From Chrysomallon squamiferum (taxonomy: Eukaryota; Animalia; Mollusca), in contig CM022670.1 in the NCBI GenBank assembly GCA_012295275.1, positions 25,854,001 through 25,918,000 on the forward strand: a stretch of DNA of 64,000 nt, given 5' to 3'. Both the position numbers and the translations under genes were made by a program. A model generated the notes under the pieces. It did no database searches, had not been told where the DNA came from, and saw nothing but the letters and a program-made list of their open reading frames with translations. Below, piece after piece: positions 24,901 through 34,868 of this stretch. Within the stretch, counting starts at the first letter, position 1. Each line of letters begins with the position of its first letter.

Positions 24901-27900
24901 AAAAATTAAGAGTGAATACATTAATTATTTCAACCTGTTGATTCATACTAAAAAGCTATATGAAAATAAAATATTTGTACAAAAAGATTTTAATGAACAA
25001 TGCAAGTAAATAAGCAAACATCTAAAAATATCTTGTTTCCTTGGAAGATTTTATGAAAGAAAACAGGTCTGTGTTAATATATCTAACAAGTCATACATAT
25101 CTAAATCTGAATTGTTTAAATTATATTTGACATAATACAACTTTTAACATACTTACTGTATTGCCCAAACCAACGTAACAATGATGTTGTCCATGTTGAT
25201 ATAGTTCACTCCCAGCTCCCAAGTACATCTCATTGTTTTCCAGTTGAATACTCGACAGTCAATTGAGCTTACTGGTTTCAGCTCATCTGTGAACATCAGT
25301 TTCAATTAATTAGTATTTCTTTACTGACATCTCAATACTTATATCATCTTGCATAACTTTAGTGATATGATTTTGACTTCTCATTCAAAATACTTATAAC
25401 TTACAGTTATGTCAGAATTTCCAGTGTATTGTGTCACGTTTTCATCAGATACAATGCAGTGATATTGTCTATTTGCACCACAGTTCAAATTATGTATCAG
25501 TTACACACCTAATTTCACATTTTTAATTTACTTTCATTTATCCATGACATACTTTCATCCCAGTGTAAGTAGCTTTCTATCAAATGTCTTGCATAAGTAT
25601 ATTCTCTGGTTAGCAACCTATTTATTGAATTACCATACTTTATTATTAATGTATTGTCTTTTAAATACATTCTACCATGACATACTGTTTTTAATTTATG
25701 TCATGACTCATTGATGTTTTTTACTTACATCCACCAAGACATACATCTTTTTTACTTACATTCAACCATGTCATACTGTTTTTAACTTATCTCACAACAT
25801 ATTGTTTTTTTACTTACATTCAACCATGACATTCAGGTTTTTTTTACTTACATTCAACCATGACATACAGGTTTTTTTACTTACATTCAACCATGACATA
25901 CAGGTTTTTTTTACTTACATTCAACCATGACATACTGGGTTTTTTTACTTACATTCTACCATGACATAGGTTTTTTTTTACTTACATTCAACCATGACAT
26001 ACAGTTTTTTTTACTTACATTCAACCATGACATACTGGGTTTTTTTACTTACATTCAACCATGACATACAGGTTTTTTTTACTTAATTCAACCATGACAT
26101 ACAGGTTTTTTTTACTTAATTCAACCATGACATTTTTTTTAATTCAACCATGACATAGTTTTTTTTACTTACATTCAACCATGACATACTGTTTTTTTTA
26201 CTTACATTCAACCATGACATACAGGTTTTTTTTACTTACATTCAACCATGACATACAGTTTTATTTACTTACATTCAACCATGACATACAGTTTTATTTA
26301 CTTACATTCAACCATGACATACAGTTTTATTTACTTACATTCAACCATGACATAGTTTTTTTACTTACATTCAACCATGACATAGTTTTTTTACTTACAT
26401 TCAACCATGACAACCATTCAACCATGACATACAGTTTTATTTACTTACATTCAACCATGACATTTTTTATTTACTTACATTCAACCATGACATACAGTTT
26501 TTTTACTTACATTCAACCATGACATAGTGGGTTTTTTACCATGACATACAGTTTTTTTTTACTTACATTCAACCATGACATACATTACATTCAACCATGA
26601 CATACTGGGTTTTTTTACTTACATTCAACCATGACATACAGGTTTTTTTTACTTAATTCAACCATGACATACAGGTTTTTTTTACTTAATTCAACCATGA
26701 CATAGTTTTTTTTACTTACATTCAACCATGACATACAGTTTTTTTTACTTACATTCAACCATGACATACTGTTTTTTTTTACATTCAACCATGACATACA
26801 GGTTTTTTTTACTTACATTCAACCATGACATACAGTTTTATTTACTTACATTCAACCATGACATACAGTTTTATTTACTTACATTCAACCATGACATACA
26901 GTTTTATTTACTTACATTCAACCATGACATAGTTTTTTTTTACATTCAACCATGACATAGTTTCTTTTACTTACATTCAACCATGACATACAGTTTTATT
27001 TACTTACATTCAACCATGACATACAGTTTTATTTACTTACATTCAACCATGACATACAGTTTTATTTACTTACATTCAACCATGACATACTGTTTTATTT
27101 ACTTACATTCAACCATGACATACTGTTTTATTTACTTACATTCAACTATGACATACAGTTTTATTTACTTACATTCAACCATGACATACTGTTTTATTTA
27201 CTTACATTCAACCATGACATACAGTTTTATTTACTTACATTCAACCATGACATACAGTTTTATTTACTTACATTCAACCATGACATATTGTCTCCCTAGT
27301 GTCAGTGGCTCTCTGTCCACAGTTCTGTTGATCTTGCAGTAATACGTTCCCTGGTTGACTGCTGACCTGACTGGGTAATCCAGCCTGATTGTTCTTGTGT
27401 TGATAATGGTGACATACTCCTGAGAAATCGCCCTGGAAATCGTGTGTGTTCCATTTCTAAACTGTTTTGTGAAATACATGGACAGCGAATTGGAATGCAC
27501 GTGCAATGATGTCAGGTTGCAGAACAGTGTTAGGTTATGTCCAATAAATACCACAGGGTTGTTGGGTCGCACAGCTGAAATGACAGGTTGTTATTATTTT
27601 ATTGTGGAAAAATTGTTTTGTTTAGTTTCATATTCATATTGATTTTTTTAAAGTGGTAAAATAATTTATACATGTAGAAATGCATGTATTGTAAATACAA
27701 AGTTCATCTCTGTTGGTGCAGAGTTTTATATATTTAGTTTTTAAAATGTTTAAAATGCCAAATATTTATAAAGATACTTGAATACATATTTCTAATCTAA
27801 ATAAACCCTGTTTTCTCTATCGATTTTTTCTAAATGTTCATTTTTGTCTAAAGATGAGTCTTTAAATAAATAAAAATCAGTCAGTAAGAGATTTTTAAAT

Positions 27901-28246
27901 ATAATTATTTATCTGATTATTTGCCATCAAATTTTTAAAATTCTTAGTATTGATGAAGATATTTGAATACTTATTTTTAATCTAAATATTATGTATCAAA
28001 TATATAAACCATTTTCTAAAAAGATTTTCTTTCTAAATTCTTATTTGTGTCAAAATAACTGTATGGTAGAATAATTAAACCTCTGTGTAGACAGATATAT
28101 AAATGTTTATTTTTGTTTGTATATTAAATAAATAAAATTAAATACTTACTTCCATTCTCCTCAAATACAAAGGTCCTGCCTGGACAGGTGAAAGACCAAA
28201 GAAGACAAAGAAAAAGACTGAAAGCTTTAAATATTGTCAAACCCAT
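15472..28246 (-). CDS. Paralogue B: gp130/Domeless-like class I cytokine receptor, complete, 16 coding exons, about 1093 aa
   Basis: Manually spliced exons 28150-28246, 27272-27574, 25157-25286, 24225-24415, 23510-23655, 22911-23073, 22135-22229, 21372-21597, 20682-20854, 19716-19890, 19163-19321, 18668-18823, 18334-18427, 17869-17965, 16959-17069, 15472-16437. All are GT-AG with matching phases (3282 nt in total). Domain order: signal peptide, Ig, CBM (CRVFNWKTMRCTW; GFWSGWR), 3x FN3, TM, ~390-aa tail with YxxQ motifs. Confidence 0.92.
16959..17069 (-). CDS. Paralogue B cytoplasmic exon
   Basis: CPLNDPKYHFQDRPLPPRPDAVPFGLGILDDGYSSAG; phase 0->0. Confidence 0.8.
17869..17965 (-). CDS. Paralogue B juxtamembrane exon (Box1-like Pro motif)
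   Basis: RKCVQAKKNFYYRAKYPDSICRSINSLPPLPQG|gtacgt; phase 2->0. Confidence 0.8.
18334..18427 (-). CDS. Paralogue B transmembrane exon
   Basis: DLVHNPGALAGIIIGCVSFVILVAFLFIRIC; phase 1->2. Confidence 0.92.
18668..18823 (-). CDS. Paralogue B last FN3, C-terminal half
   Basis: GVIRNITVDNGETYYIIRNLKPDVLYMVTGQAVSRAGPGPESGPLRGQVEDN (FN3 LxPxxxY motif). Confidence 0.92.
19163..19321 (-). CDS. Paralogue B last FN3, N-terminal half
   Basis: TPDKPPKNFHVSVYKEDRSLKVEWQPFVCFESRAFVTHYIIHYCEANVAGECT. Confidence 0.92.
19716..19890 (-). CDS. Paralogue B FN3 exon
   Basis: NYIDWISFPINQTSYEY...LFGISREVMSDNNSTISSGITWNSCTYIKGE|gtaagt. Confidence 0.9.
20682..20854 (-). CDS. Paralogue B FN3 exon
   Basis: KPSAPSDFLVETSSYSKPTRFYLSWSSQ...GYTLYWCLGSLQSVTCQ. 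Confidence 0.9.
21372..21597 (-). CDS. Paralogue B FN3 exon
   Basis: PVEEHHRNGHILGYELQL...DYKLSLRSRNSIGYSSSDSSLIIPSRKR (NGxIxGY and RNSIG motifs typical of gp130-family FN3). Confidence 0.92.
22135..22229 (-). CDS. Paralogue B FN3 start exon
   Basis: IPGKAPKISPGGFTVSPCNDFSGCQNVTLFWQ. Confidence 0.9.
22911..23073 (-). CDS. Paralogue B CBM exon with WSxW motif
   Basis: EVSPIKDEHVTVCGLKPATNYTFRVSCYPIPTGEDEPEGFWSGWRTIVNQTAED. Confidence 0.93.
23510..23655 (-). CDS. Paralogue B CBM second FN3, N-terminal half
   Basis: VEPARVHKLRVTSQNSTCASLTWHHNQRVYEKYYRLWYRPQWSADAHWE|gtgaga. Confidence 0.92.
24225..24415 (-). CDS. Paralogue B CBM exon (second Cys pair)
   Basis: SQEDCPHQTKTSCTWEEDDEDVGKSFKPDVQYVMMINTT...FTIDSRCI. 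Confidence 0.9.
24585..24790 (-). mobile_element. Degenerate SINE-like relic
   Basis: Reverse-orientation similarity (ccttcccat..cagga, gaattgaacc, ctacagagccac) to the SINE-like copies at 45.6, 51.8, 53.5 and 60.0 kb. Confidence 0.4.
25157..25286 (-). CDS. Paralogue B CBM exon (C-x9-C-x-W)
   Basis: YELKPVSSIDCRVFNWKTMRCTWELGVNYINMDNIIVTLVWAI|gtaagt. Confidence 0.93.
25665..27287 (-). repeat. 33-bp minisatellite (about 50 units) made from the Ig exon/intron junction of paralogue B
   Basis: Minus-strand unit GTAAGTAAATAAAACTGTATGTCATGGTTGAAT = first 17 nt of the intron + last 16 nt of the exon. It is homogeneous next to the exon and degenerate distally. Confidence 0.97.
27272..27574 (-). CDS. 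Paralogue B Ig-like domain exon
   Basis: TVRPNNPVVFIGHNLTLFCNLTS...DYPVRSAVNQGTYYCKINRTVDREPLTLGRQYVMVE|gtaagt; 303 nt, phase 1->1; Ig Cys and YxC motif. Confidence 0.93.
28150..28246 (-). CDS. Paralogue B signal peptide exon (exon starts at acceptor 28293)
   Basis: MGLTIFKAFSLFLCLLWSFTCPGRTFVFEENG A|gtaagt; phase 1. Confidence 0.88.
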
Positions 28247-28380
28247 CCTCCCATTTTCTTCATTTTGTGAACTGTACACATAACAGCATCAGTCTGAAAT
28301 GAGTCAATAAAACAAGTTTTTTTTTGCTTTTTTTTTTTCTACTTAAATCAGCTTTTGGTAACATAAAAAAAAAATGTGTA

Positions 28381-28418
<38 letters not shown>

Positions 28419-29389
28419 TGAGTGAGTGTTTTTGTGTGCATGCATGATTATCCATGTTTATGTATGTATGTATGCTTATATACACATGCATATGAATCTT
28501 TTATGGACATATATTTCTGTTTGTGTGTGTGTCAGTACACAAATACAGACAGAAATATATAAAACATTGTATGTGTGTGTGTATATCTGTAATATAGGAA
28601 TATGTGTAAGTGCATGCTTGGATACATGTTTTTATCTCTATGTGGACTGTGTGTTTGCTTTTGTAAAACATATATGTAAACTGATTTTTATTTTTATTTC
28701 TGTCTGCAGACCTTTGATGAATGTATAGTTATTTATAGAAAATAGTCAACAGTAAAACCCAAGAACATGAGTGCAGATATACATATATATATATCACTGG
28801 CAAATACTGGATCAATAATTAGATGCTGTACAACTAACTCATCATAGTGTTATATTTAGAAATATCACTATTCAAACACTGAGCAAAGGATATTAAATTG
28901 AAACTAACACAATGACAAACACTCATAGATACACAGACACACACAGATGCACATATATATAAAGACAAAAATACATACACAGTACATATATTAACATACA
29001 AACACCCATGATTGCCCAAACCACAGATATATACAATGTGAAACACACAGATACACTTGCATATATATATATATATATATATGTACAGACACACCTGACA
29101 CACAGACATAAACACACAGTGAGACATGCCTATTAAACACACAAATACACATATATTTACATACAGATTAGGTCTAGTTTTTAAAACTTATGAATCACCT
29201 GCTTTCATTGGCTGTGGTTCAGACAAATACATTAAGTGTAATGATTTAAAGTGATTTTTGTATAAGCTGAAGCTGTGGTAAATATTTACACTGAAAGCAA
29301 TTACTGTAAAGTATTTTAACCTGTTAAAACTTTCAGTACACATACACCACCAACCCCAAGCTGGTACAGTTTTCTCTTCAGATATATAT

Positions 29390-29465
<76 letters not shown>

Positions 29466-29516
29466 ATGCATAAACATCCATACATACAAAGGTATATAGA
29501 GACATACATATATACA

Positions 29517-29584
<68 letters not shown>

Positions 29585-32424
29585 GTCATCTGAGTCAATA
29601 TCTGTATGGTGATTACAAGATCAGGTTTTTTGTATGCATCATATCTAATGAGTAAGCATAGACTGGATGAATAAGCATGTTTAATTTTCCTGTCGTGACA
29701 TCTCCGTACATTCATATGACTGTTGTTAGTGATAACAAACATTTCAGTACATGATAATAACATGATCATACATGCACACATGTACACCCACACACACACA
29801 CACACACACAGAAAAATAAATTTCTTTTTACCTAAGAGTTTTTAACTTGCTGTCTTTATATTTAGTATATGTATATATACACACACATACATACAAACAC
29901 ATAAACATATAGATATATAAAAAAATGAGTCCAGTGGGATGACTTGGAACTAATCTTATCATTCATCATCACACCATAGACAAAAATAAGACAAGTTAAT
30001 AACAGCGTCATTACTGTCTGGAACTTCAATCACACCTAAATCTCTAGGCAACACACAAACACAAACAGAAATATCATCTTTTCTTTTTAATATGATCACA
30101 ATTCATCTTTAATTTTTAAAGATATTTTCTGACTTTGTATTGTTGGTTTAATTATGGGGAGATTATTTTGTTAATGTGGGGGGGGGGGGATGTCTAATTT
30201 ATCTAGATTCCATGACATATGCATGTATGTATAAAATTCTCACACACAGTGAAAATGGCTTCACACTGTTAATCAATAATAATTCTGTGATACAATTCAA
30301 CAATATAAATGTTTGAGTGCAATTAACACCAGATATAGGTATTACAGCTTTAATGTGTGGCTTTAAACCAAACAACCACTTCCAGTCAGTGAGACTGAGA
30401 AAGGAGAGCCCAGGGACAGATTCCCCAGGGACAGGTTCCCCAGGGCCCATTCACACCCAAAATCCATAAAAATAAAAAAAAATAAAAAATTTAAATTGTT
30501 ATATTAGATGATACTAGATTGGTCTTAATCCCAGACACAGTATAGCTTTTGGTCAAATAATTTGTTATTATTCAATTCAGAATATAATCAACAGTTTTCC
30601 AGAATCCTCATTTCCAAAGCCTCTCAAGATTATCAGTTTTTAATTCACCAAAAGAGGTCACATAATAATAATTTTATAAATAACTAATTATTATCTGATA
30701 TCTCCTGGTCCAAAAAGGTTGATAATTCAAAATAGCTTTTTTGAACCAGGGGTTTTAAAAATCAATGGTGGACTGTAAATAAAATATTTATAATAAGCCA
30801 TAACATAAGTGAAAGATAATAATTTCAAATAATTAACTTCATGTTGTTTTAGTATATGAATTTTGTTCAACCTGTCCTCTTCCAACTATAATAAATAATA
30901 ATATGTAATAGGGTTTGCAAATTACTGATAATATCAATACTGGTAAATTACTGACATATTCTCAATACCAGTTTTCCCTGGTATAGACCGGTTTTAGTTA
31001 GTTAGGTACTAACAGTGTTTTCTCTTATACTCATTTTATTTATTATTTGACACTCATCTGACAATATTATTCATTATCCTCCTTTTCCTACCTGTCTTCA
31101 GAAAAAATCATAAAATGAACCTTCATAGAACTTAAAATGGGTACAAAAGAAATGTATATTCAATAAAAAAAACAAGAAGAAATGTGGATGCAAATTTTAT
31201 GAAAAGGAAATAAGGAAATTACGTTTATTATCCAAAATGTACATCATATGTTTTGAAACTTTTGAGAAGTTCTGATTCATTCCTCATTACTTGAGAAGTA
31301 TGACTTTAAAAAACACCAAACATCTAGTTTCTTGGGTGACAACCGAGAAGCAGGAGCCAATCCCTTATCACTAGTCGCCAAAATGGCTTAGGATGGCACA
31401 CATGTCAGCAATCAAACATTTAAATCTGGAAAATTAAACAGATGAGCATCGAACTCACATCTGAAGGAATGCTAGCAACAACCGAGTAACTAACATAATT
31501 TTATGTTAACAACTAACATATCTCTCAACATAACTCATTAACATTTAGAAAACCAGTATTGGTGCTTCAGTAACGATATTAAACATCAATTACTAAAAGC
31601 AGTATTTACTGGTATTTAAAAACAGGTTTTCGAACCCTAATACGTAATAAGCTATGCCAGTGAATGATAAAAATGTTCAACTGTTACATCTCAAAATAAG
31701 TAGATTTTAATATATTTTAATGCATGATTTTAATTAAATAACCCCACTGAAACTACCAGTCAGTAAATAATAATAATTTTCAGTCCTTCTATACCATAAG
31801 TAATTTGAAATTAAGTACCTATACAGAGCATTATGTAATCAAACAAACTTTTTCCTTGTAATACAAAATTTTGTAATATTAAAATAAGTCCCATCACTAA
31901 ATGAAAATGATGATGATAATGATGATGATAATGATGATGATGATGATAAGTAATAATAAATGTAGTAATAACTATAACTAATATTACTTACGCATATCCT
32001 GTTAGCAAACAATTCTTGTTCATTCTTTTGAGTTACATACCGATGAGAGAAACACACCAAGAAACACATACATACATAATACATGTATATGGTACATATA
32101 TTATATATATATATATATATATACATATAATTAGAAATTTATAAAAATTAGTATCCTTTAACAACAACTGACAGAAAATGTTTTTGATGGAGGAAAAGAT
32201 TAAATTCTTTTCTTAGAAACCACTGAGTCGTAGCAGGGTCATTTCTAGACAAAAGTAAATTTCTTGGTACTGGATGAGTGGGTGTGATTCTAGGAATACA
32301 AGTAAATATAGCTAACTATCCATTCACTGGGCTTCCCCGTGGTAATAGGTATACACAGGTTATGTCAGATTTAATGACAGTCTTTTCTTAATGTTAAATA
32401 GATATATATATATAGACACACATG

Positions 32425-32474
<50 letters not shown>

Positions 32475-33834
32475 GTAACTATATATATATATATATATAT
32501 ATAGTTACTGATACTATATATAGTTAATAATCAGATTGTGTTGTTTAATATGCTGGTTTCTTCTGATGTTATGAAGATATCGTTATTAATATTATATACA
32601 TATATAACGTTACTATGTATAGTTACTAATCAGACTGTGTTGTTTAATAAAGATGTCTATTTACTTTGGTTTTTATGTGATGGATTTGATGAATGAACAA
32701 ACACACAAACAAACAAGTGAATGAAAGGTTTGTACAAATCAATCAGTGATCAAATTAAAGTAATTAATTAATAAATTAAGTTTAATTAGTTAATGACTTA
32801 CTGAATGAACTAGCAGTAAGAAATCTTTTACAAATGACTTCCCATGACAAAGCACATATATTCTAAACATGACATGAATGTTCTAACTCAATCAAATTAA
32901 ACTGAACTCACACAACTTAAAATAATTTAATTATATATTTAAATAATTACAGGATTATATGGCTTATAATTTATAAATTAATTATATTTAAATCATAAAC
33001 TTAAAAATAATCTAATTACATATTTAAATAAGTATAGGCTTGTACAACCTATGAATAATATGGTTGAAAGAATTAAACTTGGCTTAAGAAATTTATGAAT
33101 AAAGTAACTTATATTGTTAAATTATTAAGCTAGACTTAAATAACTTACAAATAATCAAATTATATTCATATAATTAAACTAGACTTAAACATATTAATAA
33201 TCTAATTACATTTATATAATAATTTTATATTTATATATATAGAAACAATTTATGAATCAGCTCTGCTGTATACAAAATACAATTAAAGTAAACTTATTTG
33301 TAAGCTACACTATACAATACTTTATATGTAAACCCCATTTTCTCTGGACACATACAGCTAACAAACACATACCATTGTTATCAGATGATGTAAATGAGAA
33401 ACCAGAATTCGAAGAAGCAGATTATCTGATGTTGTAAATAACTGGTAAAAACCCAACACAAGTTATAAAGACAAGAGTTTTTCTTGGAAGCCACACCTTG
33501 GTATGTGATCTGATGTCACAGATACAGATAACTACAGAGTAAGAAAACTGTGGATGATAAATAATGAACATCCAGATAAAATGTAACTTATTTCTGATAG
33601 CTATGAGGATTACCTGAATATGAACAGTATTTAAAAGCTACATGTTTTAGAGTTCTTTGTTTAGGGATTTACAGTTCTCTTTTTTTTTTTTTTTTTTTTT
33701 TTTAAACAATTATTTTATTATGTTTTTAGTTTTTTTTATAACTGGTTATTATAATGCACTTTTAATTAAAATAGATTTCCATTTTTAATTTTAATGTAGA
33801 TTAAATACATAGTAACTATATATAGACATACACT

Positions 33835-33872
<38 letters not shown>

Positions 33873-33938
33873 TACACTCATATATATATACATTGTGTAT
33901 ATAGATATATATATATATACATACATATATATATAGTG

Positions 33939-34128
33939 TAATACAGTTAGTTAAGGTGAAGTATATTAATTGATATTATTTTTTATTTATTATCTGTAAC
34001 TACAAATGGAACACATTTATTATGTTTTAAATAAAATAAAGTCCATATATAATATTTATATGGATAAAATATTATGTTATACTATATATAAATACATAAA
34101 TATGGGTATATGTGTGTGTGGGTGCCTA

Positions 34129-34185
<57 letters not shown>

Positions 34186-34225
34186 ATATGTATATATGTA
34201 TGTAAATATACATATATATATATAT

Positions 34226-34278
<53 letters not shown>

Positions 34279-34468
34279 TATATATATACACACACACACA
34301 CACACAATTTATTTATTTATAGTGTAAACATAATATTTTACCCATATTAATATTATATATGGACTATATTTTATTTAAAACATAATAAATGTGTTCAGTT
34401 TCCAGATACAGATAAATAAAAGATAATATCAACTAATATACTTCACCTTAAACTCACGCACTGTATTA
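33939..34468. mobile_element. Foldback/MITE-like element: ~155-bp imperfect inverted arms around a (TA)/(TG)/(CA) microsatellite core
   Basis: ttaaggtgaagtatatt...gaacacatttattatgttttaaataaaata..gtccatatataatatt mirrored by aatattatatatggac..tattttatttaaaacataataaatgtgttc...aatatacttcaccttaa. Confidence 0.75.
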
Positions 34469-34605
34469 CTATTCTTTAAAGACTGAGTCTCAGAAAAAAC
34501 TAATTTGTTATTGCATGTTGCTAAGTAAATAAAAAATAAATAAAATACATTATGATAAAGAAAATTACAGTTTTAAAAATAACTCACACCTGCATGTGTG
34601 TATGT

Positions 34606-34660
<55 letters not shown>

Positions 34661-34831
34661 GAACAGAAATGTCAGGAGAAATCCAAAGAATTTGTGTCCT
34701 CTCTGTAGCTCTGTATCTCATTTGCTCTATCTCTCTCTCTCAATTTATGTCTCTCTCTGTATATACCTCATGTCTCTTTCTCCTCTCTCTAAATACATAC
34801 ATATTTGCTTTAGTATATACACATATGTTTG

Positions 34832-34868
<37 letters not shown>

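Noticed and set aside
25665-27290. CRISPR-like appearance of the 33-bp array
   Set aside because: No unique spacers, no cas genes, eukaryotic intron context; the unit derives from the adjacent exon/intron junction.
26181-27342. Plus-strand repetitive ORFs (MTYSFIYLHST)n and (TFNHDIQFYLL)n
   Set aside because: By-product of a 33-bp (11-codon) unit lacking stops on the antisense strand; no independent coding evidence.
32210-33489. STAT-type TTCNNNGAA sites (32210, 32288, 33481) suggesting autoregulation
   Set aside because: On a rough composition estimate about 20 such sites are expected by chance in 64 kb of this AT content; not significant without conservation or ChIP data.
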